DNA of 61,781 nt, filler included, from Choristocarpus tenellus KU-1152 (GCA_964200185.2; 8 parts of 8 records of this genome joined end to end with filler, not necessarily neighbours in it); one strand, 5' to 3'. Numbered from the whole stretch's first letter, positions 36,901-51,900 are shown. The notes: generated from the letters alone by a model not told the origin. Numbers and translations: made by a program.

Positions 36901-39900
36901 ATGGTAGGGTGTAGCCAAGCAGAGAAGAAGGAAGAAGAATACTGTTGGGAGCAAGACTGGACATCGCCCTGCAGGAAAGCAGTATAAAATTTGTGGACTC
37001 TTCACTTTCATATCTCATGGGTTAACCATCCCAAGTTGGTTGCTCAATCCAATAAAATTATATAGGTTTCTGATGGGGGATTCTATGATCGGGAAAAGCT
37101 TTTTTGGCGTTCCACTCATAGCACAACAGTCATTGTTGCAGCAGCACCACCTGGTGGTGCTCGAAGTGCACCATCACAGCGCTTCACACGACTCTTCAGC
37201 GTCCTCTGCCTACCGGCACAAAGCCAGCTGACCATGACAACTATATTCAGGTGAAAACAAGGCCATGGAGATCTTTCAAGAATCTCTGCTGGTGAGGTAG
37301 GATTCACTTGAGAATAACGGACCAACGTGTTGTAATGGACAAGCAATGTCAGGGTCAAGTGATTTCCCACCACTTTTTCGGTCTACCTTTGGTGTGCATG
37401 TCATGAGAGACTTTTCAACCTTTATATATGCCCTTTGACCACACTGTAGTTTGTGCTAGGTCACTTACTCATTTTGTGCCACTAAATTTTCATAATCAGA
37501 TCAATTCTCAATGGCTTCCTTGGCAAGGGGTTTCTTACTGGAGTGGCAGATCTTGGTGATGCACTTGTGGCAGCCACTCTTGAAGTCCACAAGAAAGTGT
37601 CTCGTGCGATGCTCCCGACTCCTTCACACCCACACTACACATTCAATTTACGAGACATCAGCAAGGTCATGCAGGTGTGTTGTGATTTGTTATAGGTGAA
37701 CACTCCCCTGCTCAGCAGAAAAAAGGTCTAGGTTGGTGTTGTTAGCACCAAAATTAACCACTCTGGTAGAGGTAGAGGAATGAGTGAAAGTATATTAGAG
37801 GGTACGAGTTTTGCCCTGTTTGTCCATTTGGGACTTAGCTTCCCATGGGGGTTTTTAAGACATTTTCCTACCCCAAAATGATTCGGAGTAGGTAAAATGT
37901 ATACGTTATGAAAAGGTGTGTCCGGAACAAGGATATTGACACTTCCTAACAATCACGATAGCCAAAATTAATCAAAATGCCAATAATGGATTTTGGTCCC
38001 CAAATGGACGTGGCCATACCCTCTAACATACTTTGCCTCAATCCTAATTTATTCAATCCATGTCCGACAATGATAATTGGTCAGGGCTGGGGCAAGCATG
38101 ACCTACATTGAGGGGCTCACAGTAGAGCACATCCCTGCCTCCTGTTAATTGATGCCTCGATTGTTCGTAAATTTGTGAATAATCCTTTGTTCATTCCCTG
38201 AACACATCATTTTCTCTAATATTATACTTCAGGGCATTCTACTGGTAAAGCACCAGTCCATTCATACACCTGATGTGATGATACGCCTGTGGATCCATGA
38301 GATGGCCAGGGTTTTTGGAGATCGTCTTGCTGACACGTCAGAGCGTGCAACTTTTGAGTACATGTTAATTGAGGCAATCGGAAGGTGGGCTGACACCAGT
38401 TCAATATGGCACTCATTTCCTCTGTTGCATTGCATGCAGTGCGACTCATTTTGATAGCAGAGTCTTTTTTTCCCTTTATTATCTTGTTACTATTGTCCAA
38501 GCTGGGGGACAGAGGGCAACGGGAAACACCTGTCAATCATTTTGGTCTTGTCTAGGACCTTGGCACACAGCTTCTTCCCTTTATGCAAATATTCTACAGC
38601 TTTCTAGCTTTCCACATCGGCGGTGTATACAGGAACTTCAAGGTCACTGGACCTGGATGGCAACGAGAGGAGCTCTTTGAGCTCAAGAACCCCAAGCTAG
38701 GGGAGGAATATTGCCAAGGAGACCGTCTCCTACTATTTGGGGATGTACTGGGAACTGGAACAGTGTCCACAGAAAGGCGTGATCAATACTTCGCACTAAA
38801 AAAATATATCAAAAACCCCGGTCTATGAGAGATGAAGGACCATCATTGTAGCATGCCAAATGAGCCAAAACATATCCCTACCCTTGAAATTGCCTTTGTT
38901 CAGGTTCTATGAAGAATGTCCAGACCTCCGTCGTCTTGTGCGACAGCTCTCCTTCTACCAAGATGAATACAACCTAGGAGGGAAATCAAGAGAAATGTTT
39001 TTAGTGTTCTTTCCTGATGCCGTCCGTCATCTTCTTCGAATTACAAGAATTCTCAGACAACCCAGAGGACACGCCATCCTGGTTGGCCTTGCAGGTGAGT
39101 AGATGTTTCAAGGGTTTGTTGGTGTCAACACTTCGACAATAGAATATATGAATAGGATTGAAAAAAGAGCTGGGCAGAAAAGAAGTACATCTACACTGTG
39201 AGCTCATGGATCACAACAAAGCAACAGTGATTGACTACAATGACAATCTGATGGTTCTTTGGATTCTGCAGGTAGTGGGCGAGAGTCACTAACCCAATTG
39301 GCCACCAGCATGGCTGGTGCAACTCTGGCACGTCTCAACCTGAAACAGAATTATGGCATTCAAAAGTTTCAAGAAGACCTCAAGAAGGCAGTGCTGGCGG
39401 CAGGAGTTGATGGCAAGCGGGTTGTATTCCTGGTCAAGGATTCCCAGGTAGAAATATTTATATTCAGTCACGTTTTTGTATTTCATATGCCAGATAAGAC
39501 ATGAAACGGCCATTGTACAACTGTAAGCGGTTCTTAGACTAAAGTTCAAGGTCCCATTTCCATCTCCAACTTGGCATGAATACCCAGATTGTTGAAGAAG
39601 CCTTCTTGGAGGATATTAACTGTCTTCTCAACAGTGGAGAAGTGCCCAATCTCTTCACTCCTGATGAAGGAGTTGAAATTGTTGTGGGGGTTCGAGAGGC
39701 TGTGAAAGCTACCGGGAAGTCCGATACTCCGGTGAGGTTTGGACCCGCTATATGTGGCTGGGTGTACTTGGCGCTCACCTTGAACATTGAAAGTTGTCTT
39801 CTGTGGGTGTCCCAGTATGAAGCTGAAGCAGAAAAAAATGACAAAATACAGAAGAGGAATGCTGTGTACCAAATACATTGTGTGCATACCACATACTTTG

Positions 39901-42900
39901 TCATTCTTTTGTATCTCTTAGCATATAACTGAAGTGTGCAATCAATGTATCACTTTTTTCACCTCCTGAGGATAGTGCTTGCTTAGACAGAAAAAAACTG
40001 CAGTCAACCCCCAGTAATATGATGATCAGAGTAGGTGCTGCAACAAGACAAAGATGAGGGAAAATATTTGTTGCATACTTGAAGTGTTACCTCAAGTACT
40101 ACCCATAAATTTGCAACAAACATGGATACGGTATGATAGATGAACTTATATGGTTCCTGTATGACGTTCAAGTCGTCCAACCAAAAGCTGAGGGATGTGT
40201 TTCCAAGTTTACCATAGAAGTTTGAGGGACATGGAACATGGTGCTGGAATCCTGTGTAGTAGTCAAGGTTTCTCAGAACTTCCTTGTGTTGTGGATGGTA
40301 TGATGCCTGAAACAAGTAAGTTGGAATAAAACACAACCATGAGGTTTCTTTGCCTAATGAAACTGACAAGGATCAGTCCCATTGAGCCTCTTAGTTCATG
40401 ATAGGTTCATAGACTGTTGTTTTCTGCACCAGAGTACCGTTATAGACTGCAAACGTAGAGGGCATGTAGTGGTTTCATGCCCAGAGCAAGACTATTGCCA
40501 GTCGAGCCAAAGTATCTTAGAGGGTAGAGTTGCGTCCATTTGGGGTCAAAACCCAACGTTGCGATTTTGATGTAATTTTGGCTTTGTTAGGAAGTGTCAA
40601 TATCCTTGTTCCAGACACACCTTTTCATATTGTATACATTTTACCTATCCCGAAAATATTTTGGAGTAGGAAAATGTCATAAAAAACCCCGAGGGAAGCC
40701 AAGCGCCAAATGGACAAACAGGGCAAACTTCGTACCCTCCAAGATACTTTCACTCAGTCCCACCAGAATTTTCTCAGTTTGTGGGTAGCCAAGCCATTAA
40801 TGTTCTCTCTCCAAAATATTTCAGGGTATTGATGCCGTTTATGGTAATATTTCGTGTTCCTATCCTCTCTTTAAAATCTACCCTTTGTTGTGTTGTTCAC
40901 AGTGAGCTGAGTCTAATGCGGTTTAGTGCTTCCTGTGGTTTAATGGGGGAATGAAGTCAGAATCGAGTACCCAAGGTACCTATACTTCGAAAAAATTGAT
41001 TGTGGATCTGTAGGGAATTGTAGTAGTAGTAGTAGTAGTAGTAGTAGTAATACTTTGAAGCATGCTAGAGAAAAGAAGAAATTGTACAGATATGCTCAAC
41101 TTGTGGACGAGGAAGGCCCATTCCCTTTTCAATTCTTCTGTCTTCCCACACCCACTGAAACGAGAAATGTACTGGAAATATCTGTTCAAGTTTCTTTGGT
41201 GGATGTCCAGCGTCACAGAGTTCATGATATCATACTAGTGAGGATGGTGGTACTCCATCCTTCTACAAAGTTCAACGCCCTATTAATTCCATTGCAACTA
41301 TTATAAAGTATATTGCACTATCTGAAGGGTTCCAAGGTCCACCCACCTTACACTTAATGTTACTGTATTGCACTGCCATTCAGGACAACTGTAGGACATA
41401 TTTTGTTACGCGAGTGCGGGAACTCCTTCACATTGTGCTCTGCCTGGACCCAGGTGGTCCTGCCTTCCGGGAACGAGTTAAAAACTTCCCAAGTCTGGTC
41501 AATTGTAGGTAAGCAAGATACATTGGAAGTGTGCAGTACTTAGGTGGGGATATTCTACTTCATTGGAAGAATGCAATGGAGTAGCGTCACAATTACACAT
41601 TTCCCTCTGTTAATGTCAGGCAACACCCACTCCTGAAATGAAGGATTTCCTTCCATCATATACATGCCTTACAAATGCCTGTCCTTACAAATGCCTGTCT
41701 TTCTTGTCCCCTAATCGTTCACTTCCATCATACAGTACAATTGATTGGTACAGTGCCTGGCCTCGAACTGCTCTGAGTGCTGTTGCACATAGAATTCTGA
41801 ACCCCAAGCTGGCCCCAACCTCCACTGGCCCTGAGTCCTGTGGTGTGGGTCCTCAATTGGCTGCAGCTTTGGTTCAGGCATCAGTTGAAGTTCATGTTGG
41901 GGTGAGGAATTTGGAAAGGCCCAGGGCAATACAACAGATCAATTCCCACTCTCATACTAACCACATGCACATGCTACAGGCTCCTATTCTAAAATAAGTA
42001 ATTTACTAGTCCATGATGCATCCAGAACACTATTGCTGTGTCACTGCCAAATGGACTTCTGTTTAAAATATTCTCGCCAGTAGTAGGTTTCGCTTCCCAG
42101 GAAATATTTACTTGTGTTGTTTTTCAAACGTTTTTCAGCCATTCACATCATTACAACTGTTCCTTGTCGTCCATAGGAATTCGCGTCATTTTCCATTCAA
42201 CGTTCCTCCTCTGTTTGTTTAATGTTTAATTCTTGCAAGTTGATACAAAGCCCTGTCCAATATATTCTGCTTGGCATTTGTGGAATGCTTTGATCTACCT
42301 GGAGTAGACAGGGTCCCTCAGGCCTTTACTTTCCATAGTTGACACAATTGTTTATATGGCTGGACCTTGATGCTGTTTATGTCAACCAAGGTCAAGCCTG
42401 CAGCTGCTGCCTTCCTCTCCCAGCTTGGGCGCCACATATTCATCACACCGAAGTCCTATATTGATTTCCTCCATACATTTCTCATCATGCTCAGTGAACG
42501 CCGAACAGCCCTGACGAAAAGACTAAATAGGTAAGGGGTATATGAGTCATTGGAACTGCAGACCATACCATGTCAAAAATGTTACTGATGTATATGGATG
42601 GTCAGATGTGTACATGTACCGTGCGGCAATGTTTCTTGCCTCTTTTAGTGGCTGTAAGAGTATGGTCCTTTTCCCAGCAGTTCAACAAGGTGATGTATAC
42701 CAGAGAGCTAGAACTGTGCTTTGTTTCCTCCTTGATATTGCAAGTCTACATAACTTCTTCCGAATGACAGTCTGCAGGATGGTGTTGTCAAGCTGGAGGA
42801 GACTGGAAGGTTTGTAGAGGGCCTCAAGCAAGAGCTAACACAGCTGCAGCCTCAACTTGAAGATAAGGCCAACGAAGCAGAGGACCTATTGAGACAGGTG

Positions 42901-45900
42901 TGACCAAAGGATACAATGAAGTCCTTCTGTAAGCATTCTGCACATTTCAAGTAGACACACATGTATGAAGAGGTTTAGCTCTGAACTCTACACTCTCTGA
43001 GTAGGGCACTGTACCAAATATAGCCAAATTGTCCTTGTTGATCTGCTTGGTTACAAATTCAGGTGGATACTGAACACAAGGAAGCTGATGCCATCAAAAC
43101 AAAGGTGGCCAGAGATGAAGCTGGTGTGGCTCAGCGACAGGAAAAGGTCAGCTGTATATAACAAGATAATCCTAGAAGCACAGCAATATGTAACACTCTC
43201 CTCCTCATGAGATACAAAACACAATATCCATCAAAAAGAAAGAAAAAATAGACTTACTGTGAACACAGAAATCTTCGTCAGATCTAGAGGTCCAGTCATT
43301 GATAATCCGTGAGATGAAATTGCACACACCTCTTATAAATGTCGTCCAAGGAACACTGTTGTCAACTCTAGGTAGACCTCCTATATTGCCTTCAATGGTT
43401 ACTGTTTATTCTTAGGTACTGAGCCTCCAGCGGGAGGCCCAGAGAGACTTGGACCAGGCCCTGCCAGCTCTTGAAGAAGCAATAAGAGCTCTGAATTCCC
43501 TCAAGAAGGATGACATAAGTGAGGTCAAAAGTTTCCAGAATCCCCCACAAGCTGTTCAAACTGTAATGGAGGCTGTGTGCCTCCTACTCTCAGAAGCACA
43601 GGTAGGCACGGGAAGTGGTGTTGTGTTGTCTAAGTTGCTACTGATGAATCTATGTTAGCACCACTTTTGCACACTGGTTTCTTGGCTTCTGCTCTCTGAT
43701 TTTCATTCCTGAAGTACCTCTTTATGGGTTCCAATTTCGAAGACAGCAAAGAGTTATACAGCCCAACTCTGAGGTGCCAGTCCTTATCCAAGATTACAGT
43801 TGTGCAAGGCTGCTCACTATAGTGCTAAATTTCTCTCAGGACTGGGAGAGCGCAAAAAGAGTGCTGGGACGAAGCAGCTTCATGGATGATTTACGAACCT
43901 ACAATAAGGAAAAACTGACCGCACATCGGAGGAAAATTCTGAAGCGATATGTGCAGGATGAGAACATGAGTGTTGACCGGCTCCGAAAGGTGTTGATTAA
44001 TATCTCAGCTTAAGCTTAGCTTAGATTAGTTTTTGTAGCACAATATTTCATTAGTGGACTATAGTCTTTTATAGCAGACATGTACATGAGTTGTTCATAT
44101 CTCATTCATCTATGTTACTTTTTCATTCCCTTATCTAATTATAGGTATCACTTGCAGCAGCAGGCATGTGCATGTGGGTTCATGCAATGGATCAGTACGC
44201 TGATGTCTATGAAGAGGTTAAGCCTAAGATCGACACTGTCAAGGTCAGTTACTCCTGTTTCGGCACAGACACTCATACCAAGTATTCCTGAAAAAATGTG
44301 TCCTGCACACTGACACACTTGGTGGGGGGGGGTTTGTTGCAATATGAGCTCACCTACTTTAGATACACGTTTTTACCTGATATATCAAGCAGCACAGTAT
44401 TGAGTGGAATAGTTTGAGAAAAGAGTTTCATTTCTGTTGATTCATGGTCCCTAACCCTGGCTTGCAGGTCTTGAATCAGGAGCTTCAAGATGCTAATGCC
44501 GTTCTAGGAGTTAAGCAGGCTGAAGTGCAACGAATCGAATACGAAGTGACCATGTTGACAAAGGTATGACAACAAGCATAGATAGGTCTGCAGAATCCGT
44601 CTGGAGACCCAAAACATTTAAGAGGGTGGGAATTTTTCCCTTTTTGTCTGTTTGGGGCTTGGTTTCACACAGTTTTTTTTATGCCCTTTTTTGGTTTTCT
44701 GTTAAAACATTTCGAATTTTGGAGTAGGTAAAATGTATAGGACTAGGAAATTTGTGTCCGGAGCAAGGATACAGACACCTGCTAACAAACACGATAGCCA
44801 GAATTCGTCAAAATTGCAACATTGGATTCAAGACCCCGAATGGACGCGACCCAACCCTCTTAATTGCTTTGGGTCTGGACTGAGGAATAAATATTGTTGT
44901 AAGGAATGAGTGAAAGTATCTTAGAGGGTACGATTTCTGCCCTGTTTGTCCATTTGGGGCTTGGCTGCCCATGGGTTTTTAATGACATTTTACCTACTCC
45001 AAGGTGTTCCGGAGTAGGTAAAATGTTTTCATTATGAAAACGTGTGTGCAGAACAAGGATATTGACATCTCCTAACAAACATGATATCCAAAATTACATC
45101 AAAATTGAAACATTAGACTTTGGCCCCCAAATGGACACTGCTCTACCCTCTAAGAGACTTTGACTCAATTTCAGCAATCCTGTGTCGTTATTGATTTTTC
45201 AGATTTTTTTCAGTGGTAGTTACCATGTGCTACTACGTTCCTTATGCATCTCCATGGAATACATATTGCTACTTCCAGAATATAGTTGCATGACCAAAGA
45301 GAGGTAAGACATTTGTCTAAAACTCTAAAACTTCCTTATTTTCTACATACGATGCCTAACCCATTGCACAATGAAATGTGGTCCTTTCAGAGTGGAGATG
45401 AGGCTATGGCTGAGAAAAACAAGCTTGCTGATGAAATTAGAAGATGCATTTTGAGCCTGGAGCGTTCAGAGAAACTCACATCCGGACTGGAAGAGGAAAA
45501 GGTAACTTGTGTTCTCCCCTTAATTGATTCCCTCGCGTTCGATCCTTTTTACACTCCGGTGTACCTGACTAAGATACTTTGGCTCTGTATCAGCATTGCA
45601 TGCCTTCCTTAAGGTCTAGAGGTATTCTATGGGCATGTGCTTAATGAGTTCCTCGATTTGTCCATCCCCACAGGAGGTAGCACACATATTGATATTTCTC
45701 TACGTTTATTTACGTTGTTTGTTAACCAATCCGAACACAGGTTCGCTGGGCAGCCACAGCACAAGAGATACTTGAGGATGAGGCCAATCTCACTGGCGAC
45801 ACTTTCTTGAGTGCAACCTTTGTTTCATATCTTGGTGGCTTTACAGGAGCCTTCCGGGACTCGTTAGTGGAGTACTGGACAGTCAGCCTTAGGGACAAGG

Positions 45901-48900
45901 GTGTTCGTGTGTCTGAAGATTATTCTTTTGTGCATGTAAGCATGCACTATTCTTGTAATTCTTGTAGTGAGCACTTGAGTTCCTTCACAATAGACAGTAT
46001 AAGCCATTCATTCTTGATACAATCCAATGTTGAGAGTGGATTATGTTTCTTGCACTGGGGTAATTATTGGTGCTCCTCTATACACCGACACCCAATGGTT
46101 CCTTCACATATCTTATACCATGCCTCAGGCTATTGGGAAGACTGTGGTTGTGCGAGAATGGAATCTAATGGGCCTGCCAAGTGGCAAGACCGCTGCAGAG
46201 AGTGCTGTTGTCGCTACAACTGTGGCTACGGGGCGTTGGCCGCTGCTTATTGACCCACAAAGGCAGGCTTACCACTGGCTGAGGGAAATGGGTGAGTGAG
46301 AAAGAAATCTCAGCGTATGTCCTAAATTTCCCAGTCCTCACCCAGTCAGAGAGATCGCAGGAAGGTCGTTCTATATTCTTGGGTACTTTTCAATCTAGCA
46401 GTATCTTTTCCCCATCATATGCTTTCTGTTGACTTCAAATTTTTCTTTTTTTTCTGTGATTATCTAACTGAGGAAACATTTTGCTTTTGCTTCATCAAGT
46501 GCCAATATTGTAGGACATGTCCCAAGTAACGGAAGACTTTCAAATGGTACAACATATTTTTCTTGATACATCTAGCCGTGACATCTCTACCTCAATAAGG
46601 AAACACATGCACTCTACGTTTGCCATGAGAGGGTAACATGTGCCTTTAAATTATTTCAGTTCAAAGAAACAGGCAGTGACAACATGTTTTGACAAGGAAA
46701 CATCTACATTTTCATCAATATATAATATATCGTCCGCACTTTGAAAACATTGAGGGACACATTGACAAAAAGGTGTATCCTGATCACTCAGTGTAATAGG
46801 GATGGTGCTGTCCGTGACCAGCACTGTCCCAGAAACATGTCATACGAAGAACGACACATGGGGGTCAAAGGGTTCACAGGTCACAACGACCATGAAATAC
46901 AAAGTAAGAGGGTTATCAAAACCTGCCAACTGACTGACCCGACAAGAATAGCGGTATCTTCTTGCACAGAGCACCATTTTCCTGTACACAGTGGGCCCTG
47001 ATGAAGAAAGATTGAGATAATGGTGTGGGTTGTCTTGCCTAGGGTGGTTGGTGCACAGACACAAAGGAAGGACCTATAGATTGATTTATCTCAATAGTGA
47101 CGAAAAGAAGGTCAGGCGGATGGGGTCATTGTTGGCACCTAGTCAAGAACCCCTAAGGGACATAATATTACCACACTGCCCTCTTTGTTATTGCGTTCTG
47201 ACCTTATAATGGCGAGTGAGATATGTGGTATTAAAGACTTTCACTCAACTGGATGACATTGAATCTTTGTTTTGTTTTGATGCTTTGATCGTTATTACAA
47301 GGTCTTTGCTACTACTAAACATGGAGCAATAATCAATAGATGCCAACTGCATGTACAGCACTTTGAAGTATGCTTACTGTCCTGAACTCTCATTAGCAAG
47401 TGATAGCCTTTTCTGTATTTCAGCGCAGAGGGGAGAGAGCTTTTGGTAAATTTATACCGGGATATCTATCTTAGTTGGACTTTATAGCAAGAATTATTGC
47501 ATTTAAAGCATATGGAACTTGAGGGTATCTACTAACTTACTAATGGTATCCCAAGTGATCTCTGGCTTTGCAGGGAAACAAAATTATTCTAGTAGTCAAG
47601 CCATAGGAGTGACACAATAATCCTCACCAAAATAGTTCCTCTGAGTTATGTGAATAGCAAAGATTATCACTGTTTGTGATGCATGCTGTTGGGTCCCCCA
47701 TCAACAGCAACCCCTTGAGATATCTGATAGGGTGTAAATTGTGTGTGTGAATTATAGTACTTATTCTAACTATGCTCCTGAGAGGACAAGGAATTTCGAA
47801 TGCTAGCTGAATGTGCTCATTCTGTTGTCTTCAACCTTGTCTGCCACTCTCAGAGGCACTTCAACATCATCAACACAACACCAAAGAAAAGGTTGGAACA
47901 CACAATGACCAAGATAACCCAAATCAAGGTCCAATCTCAAAGGACATTCACCGGGGTCCCAGATCTAGTTTGATTCACTCACCCATTGGTCAAGGCGAGA
48001 GTAGTGTCAGAGGGAGGAGAGTATCTAAGGCTACGGTCAGAGGTCTCCTCTGTGTGAGCGTACACAGTCCCTCACTGCTGCCAACAGTGGAAGCAGCAAT
48101 TAGAGATGGTTCAAGGCTGTTGATTGAGGATATTGGCGAGATTGTCGACCCTATCCTTGACCCATTGCTTTACCAGAGCACCTATACAAAGGTGTGTTCT
48201 TGTGGAGGTTTAGATTACAGTTAAGTCAACCTTCTCCCCCTCCAGTTACAACGGGAAATGATTTGAAGTATGTCGTCAATCCTTAACATTGCTGGAACTA
48301 TGCTGGATCCTAGGTCTTGATGTTGGTCCAATTGTACACCATCAATCATGGTAGATTTTCCTAATCCCAAGTTTGCTGATAACTATTGATGTCCCTCAAA
48401 AAATATTAAGATGAGTCACCTATCCTTCTATACTTCAGGGTGGGCGTACAATGATGATGCTCGGTGAGGCTGAAGTAGAGTACAACAAGGACTTCCGCCT
48501 CTACCTTATGACAGAGCTTCCAAATCCAAAATTCTCAGCAAACACTGCCATCAAGGTCAACCTAGTCAACTTCACAGTAACATGCAGTGGGCTGGAGGAG
48601 CAACTTCTTGGGAAGGTATGCCTACTGTGAACTTCTCAAACATTACACCAAAGGACCACTCCACCTACACCTGACCTCAAGGAACACACATCCTCTCTTT
48701 CCCAAGCAATAAATGCTAATGATGGGATATCTGAGTGCTAAGGAGCCTGTGGTTGAGCTAAAAGGTTGTGGTGATGCCGTTTTCAGGTTGTAAAACTTGA
48801 GCAGCCTGAGCTGGAGGAGCGACACCATGATCTGATTACAAGTATTGCTGCAGATCAGAAGCAACTACTTGATATTGAGGACAAAATCTTGGGCATGCTC

Positions 48901-51900
48901 AATGATGCTGGAAGTGGAATCAACATCCTTGATGATGAGGTACAACATAAGTTCCCATTCCTGACCGGAAATCCCACATTCTCTTACCCTTGCAATATCC
49001 GAAATCAGTGCAGTCTTCTTTCACTCAACCAAACCTTGCAACGTGAAGTTGCTTCCAATGTCAGAGGGTACAGAACGGCTCCCCTACTACAGGGAGAATT
49101 GGTAGAAGTGATGGCATAAACTTTGTGGACATCACACTGCAAAGCAGGACTGGCATGCACCAATGCGCAAGACATATAGTTCATTGCTATGTTTCCCAAT
49201 TTATTACTAGTTGAGACTGACTAAAGCATACTGTATTGTTAACACCGGGATGATGCGCACTCTGGTATTTTAGCAATCACCACGCAAAGTGCAAACAAAC
49301 TGATGCCATGTATTCCGGCAGATCCTCATTGGCACACTTAGCCAGTCAAAGGTGACAAGTCGGGCTATCGTTGAGCGTCTTGCAGAGAGCAAGAGCACAC
49401 AATGTGAGATTATGGAGAGCCGAGACCGGTACAGACCAGTGGCAGTGCGAGGGTCACTCTTGTATTTCACTGTGGAAGACCTGTCCAGGATTGATGTCAT
49501 GTATCAATACAGTCTTCAATACTTCCAGGTAAGAACACCTGCAATGTGTAGCTTTGAGATGGAAACATTGTTTGAAAATAAAGGTTGATTCTTGTTTCAT
49601 GTCCTTCAAGCAGTTTCTGTCTTGAGTGGGAATCAACATAACTGATGTGGGGCATTGTGGCAAAAGGAAAGTTTGGGACAATAGCACACTCATGGCAGAA
49701 AAAGAGTGAACTACTCCAGAGTATAATGCTTTGTTGAAAAGTGTGCCTTGTGTGACAAAGGCAACAACTGTCTGTCAAGTAAGAAATTATATTTCCACAA
49801 AAACGAATTTTCTTCAAAAGAAAGAATATGAGAAATAAGGTGGTAGATCGCTCCATGAAGAGCAAAGATGTTAACAATCTGATCCCCTTGCCACCATAAT
49901 CATATTCCCCCTTCATGCACTTCCCTTGATCCTGTTCTTTCCACAGCTACTATTTGCAAACTGCATCACTGAAACCACTGACCCAGGTGATAGTGGGCTT
50001 GAGGTTCGAATCAATTTGTTACTTGACAAGACCACTGAAGCAGTATATCGTGCTGTTTCAAGAGGATTGTTTGAGCGTCACAAGGTCCTCTTTGCCTTTC
50101 TGCTATGCACATCTATCCTTCGTGCATCTGGCAAGGTGGGTACAACTGGCATAGCACGGGAAAGCAACATTTAGGGCTATTTTCTTGAAGGAACTATTGT
50201 CTTCCCTGTGCTTAGGCTCCATGAAAGTACAAGTGTGTTGTATTATGGGTGAAATGCTCACAACCCTGTGCATTGAAGTTCCATGAGTGCATCAGTTACC
50301 CCTTTCAAATAATTGTTCTATATATGTATATTAGTAATCTCAAGTAGTCTATTATCAGTCACACAACAAATACCTTTGGCCCTGTACAATGGGCACGTAT
50401 AATTGATACAATCCTGAGGATTATTCTTCCCTCGACCTACAACTTAGGCAGCTCTGATCTCATCACTACAAGTAAAAGTGTGAACATTGCACCTTCCCTC
50501 CTGCATTCAGATCACTTTGGGTGAATGGACTTTGCTGGTTCAAGGTCCACGACCTGATCGTAGAAGGCGGACTAGTCGTGGCAGGGCAAGTCAGCTGAAA
50601 GGGAACCAAGGGGTGGAAAATCCAGACAAGGCAACAGTTGATGAGAAGGTGAGATATGTTGTCTTTTGAGGCAAAATAAACAAGAGGTAGCCAGAGTTGC
50701 ATTCTAAGGACTCTGACAAATATGTGCAAAATTTGACTTTTAAAAAAATGTGTATAGGATATTTGCTAAATTGTGTCAGAATTGTTTCAAACAATAGGTA
50801 AATAAATGCTCTCAATTCAAACTTAGAACTTCATCAATAGAAATATCAGTGAAATCCGAAAGATTGAAAGACGGACTTGAAATGCAACAAGGTCAAAACA
50901 TGGGTAACTCTTGTATACTTTGACTCATTGTTGCTGAGGAGAATTTATTGCAAACTGGGCCATGTACATGACTACATGGAGTCCAGCTTTTCCCCGGCAC
51001 AGGGTCTTAGTGGAATCTGGGCCGAGTCAAAGTATCTTAGAGGTTAGACCTGCGTCCATTTGAGGGCCATATTCCAATGTTAAGATTTTGATATGATTTT
51101 GGCAATCGTGTTTGCTAGAAAGTGTGAATTCCCTTGGTCCAGGCACACCTTTTCATAACATGTACATTTCACCTACTCTGAACCATTTTGGAGTAGGAAA
51201 ATGTAATAAAAAAAAACATGGGAAGCCGAGCCCCAAATGGACAAACAGGGCAAAACTCGTACCCTAACCCTAAGATACTTTCACTCGGCCCAGAGGTACA
51301 TTTTATATTAACCAAGCTTGCTCTCATTGTACTTAACTCTCCTGTGGATTGACTGTTTCCTCCTCTTTTTCCAGAGCTGGCTGATGCTTCAACAAGCAGA
51401 GCAAAACATCCCTACAATGAACGGGATCTGTGCTGCAGTGGCAGACTCATGGCCTCAATGGCAAGACTGGAGGCGAGATACAGCAGCACATCGGGCACCA
51501 CTTCCTGGTGTCTGGGAGGATGCCCTCAACCGCTTCCAGAAGATGATAATTGTTCGGGCATTGGCAAAGGTGAAATATAAATGCGATTGAGATTATTCCG
51601 GATGGAATATTTCCAGAATGCAGCAATACCACCCACCCAAGTAAATATACTATGGAGAGACAAGAGGCAAAGTATCTTAGGGGGTAGAGGCTCGTCCATC
51701 TGGGGGTCAAAATCCAATGTTGCGATCATGTTTGTTAGGAAGTGTCAATATGCATGTTTCGGACACACCTTTTCATAACGTATACACTTTACCTATTCCG
51801 AAACATTTTGGAGTAGAGAAATATCATAAGAAAACCCATGGGAAGCCAAGCCCCAAATGGACAAATAGGGCAAAACTCGTACTCTCTAATATACTTTCAC

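Noticed and set aside
39272-39290. Arg instead of Lys in dynein AAA4 Walker A (GSGRES) as inactivation
   Set aside because: GSGR is common in AAA4 of inner-arm dyneins.
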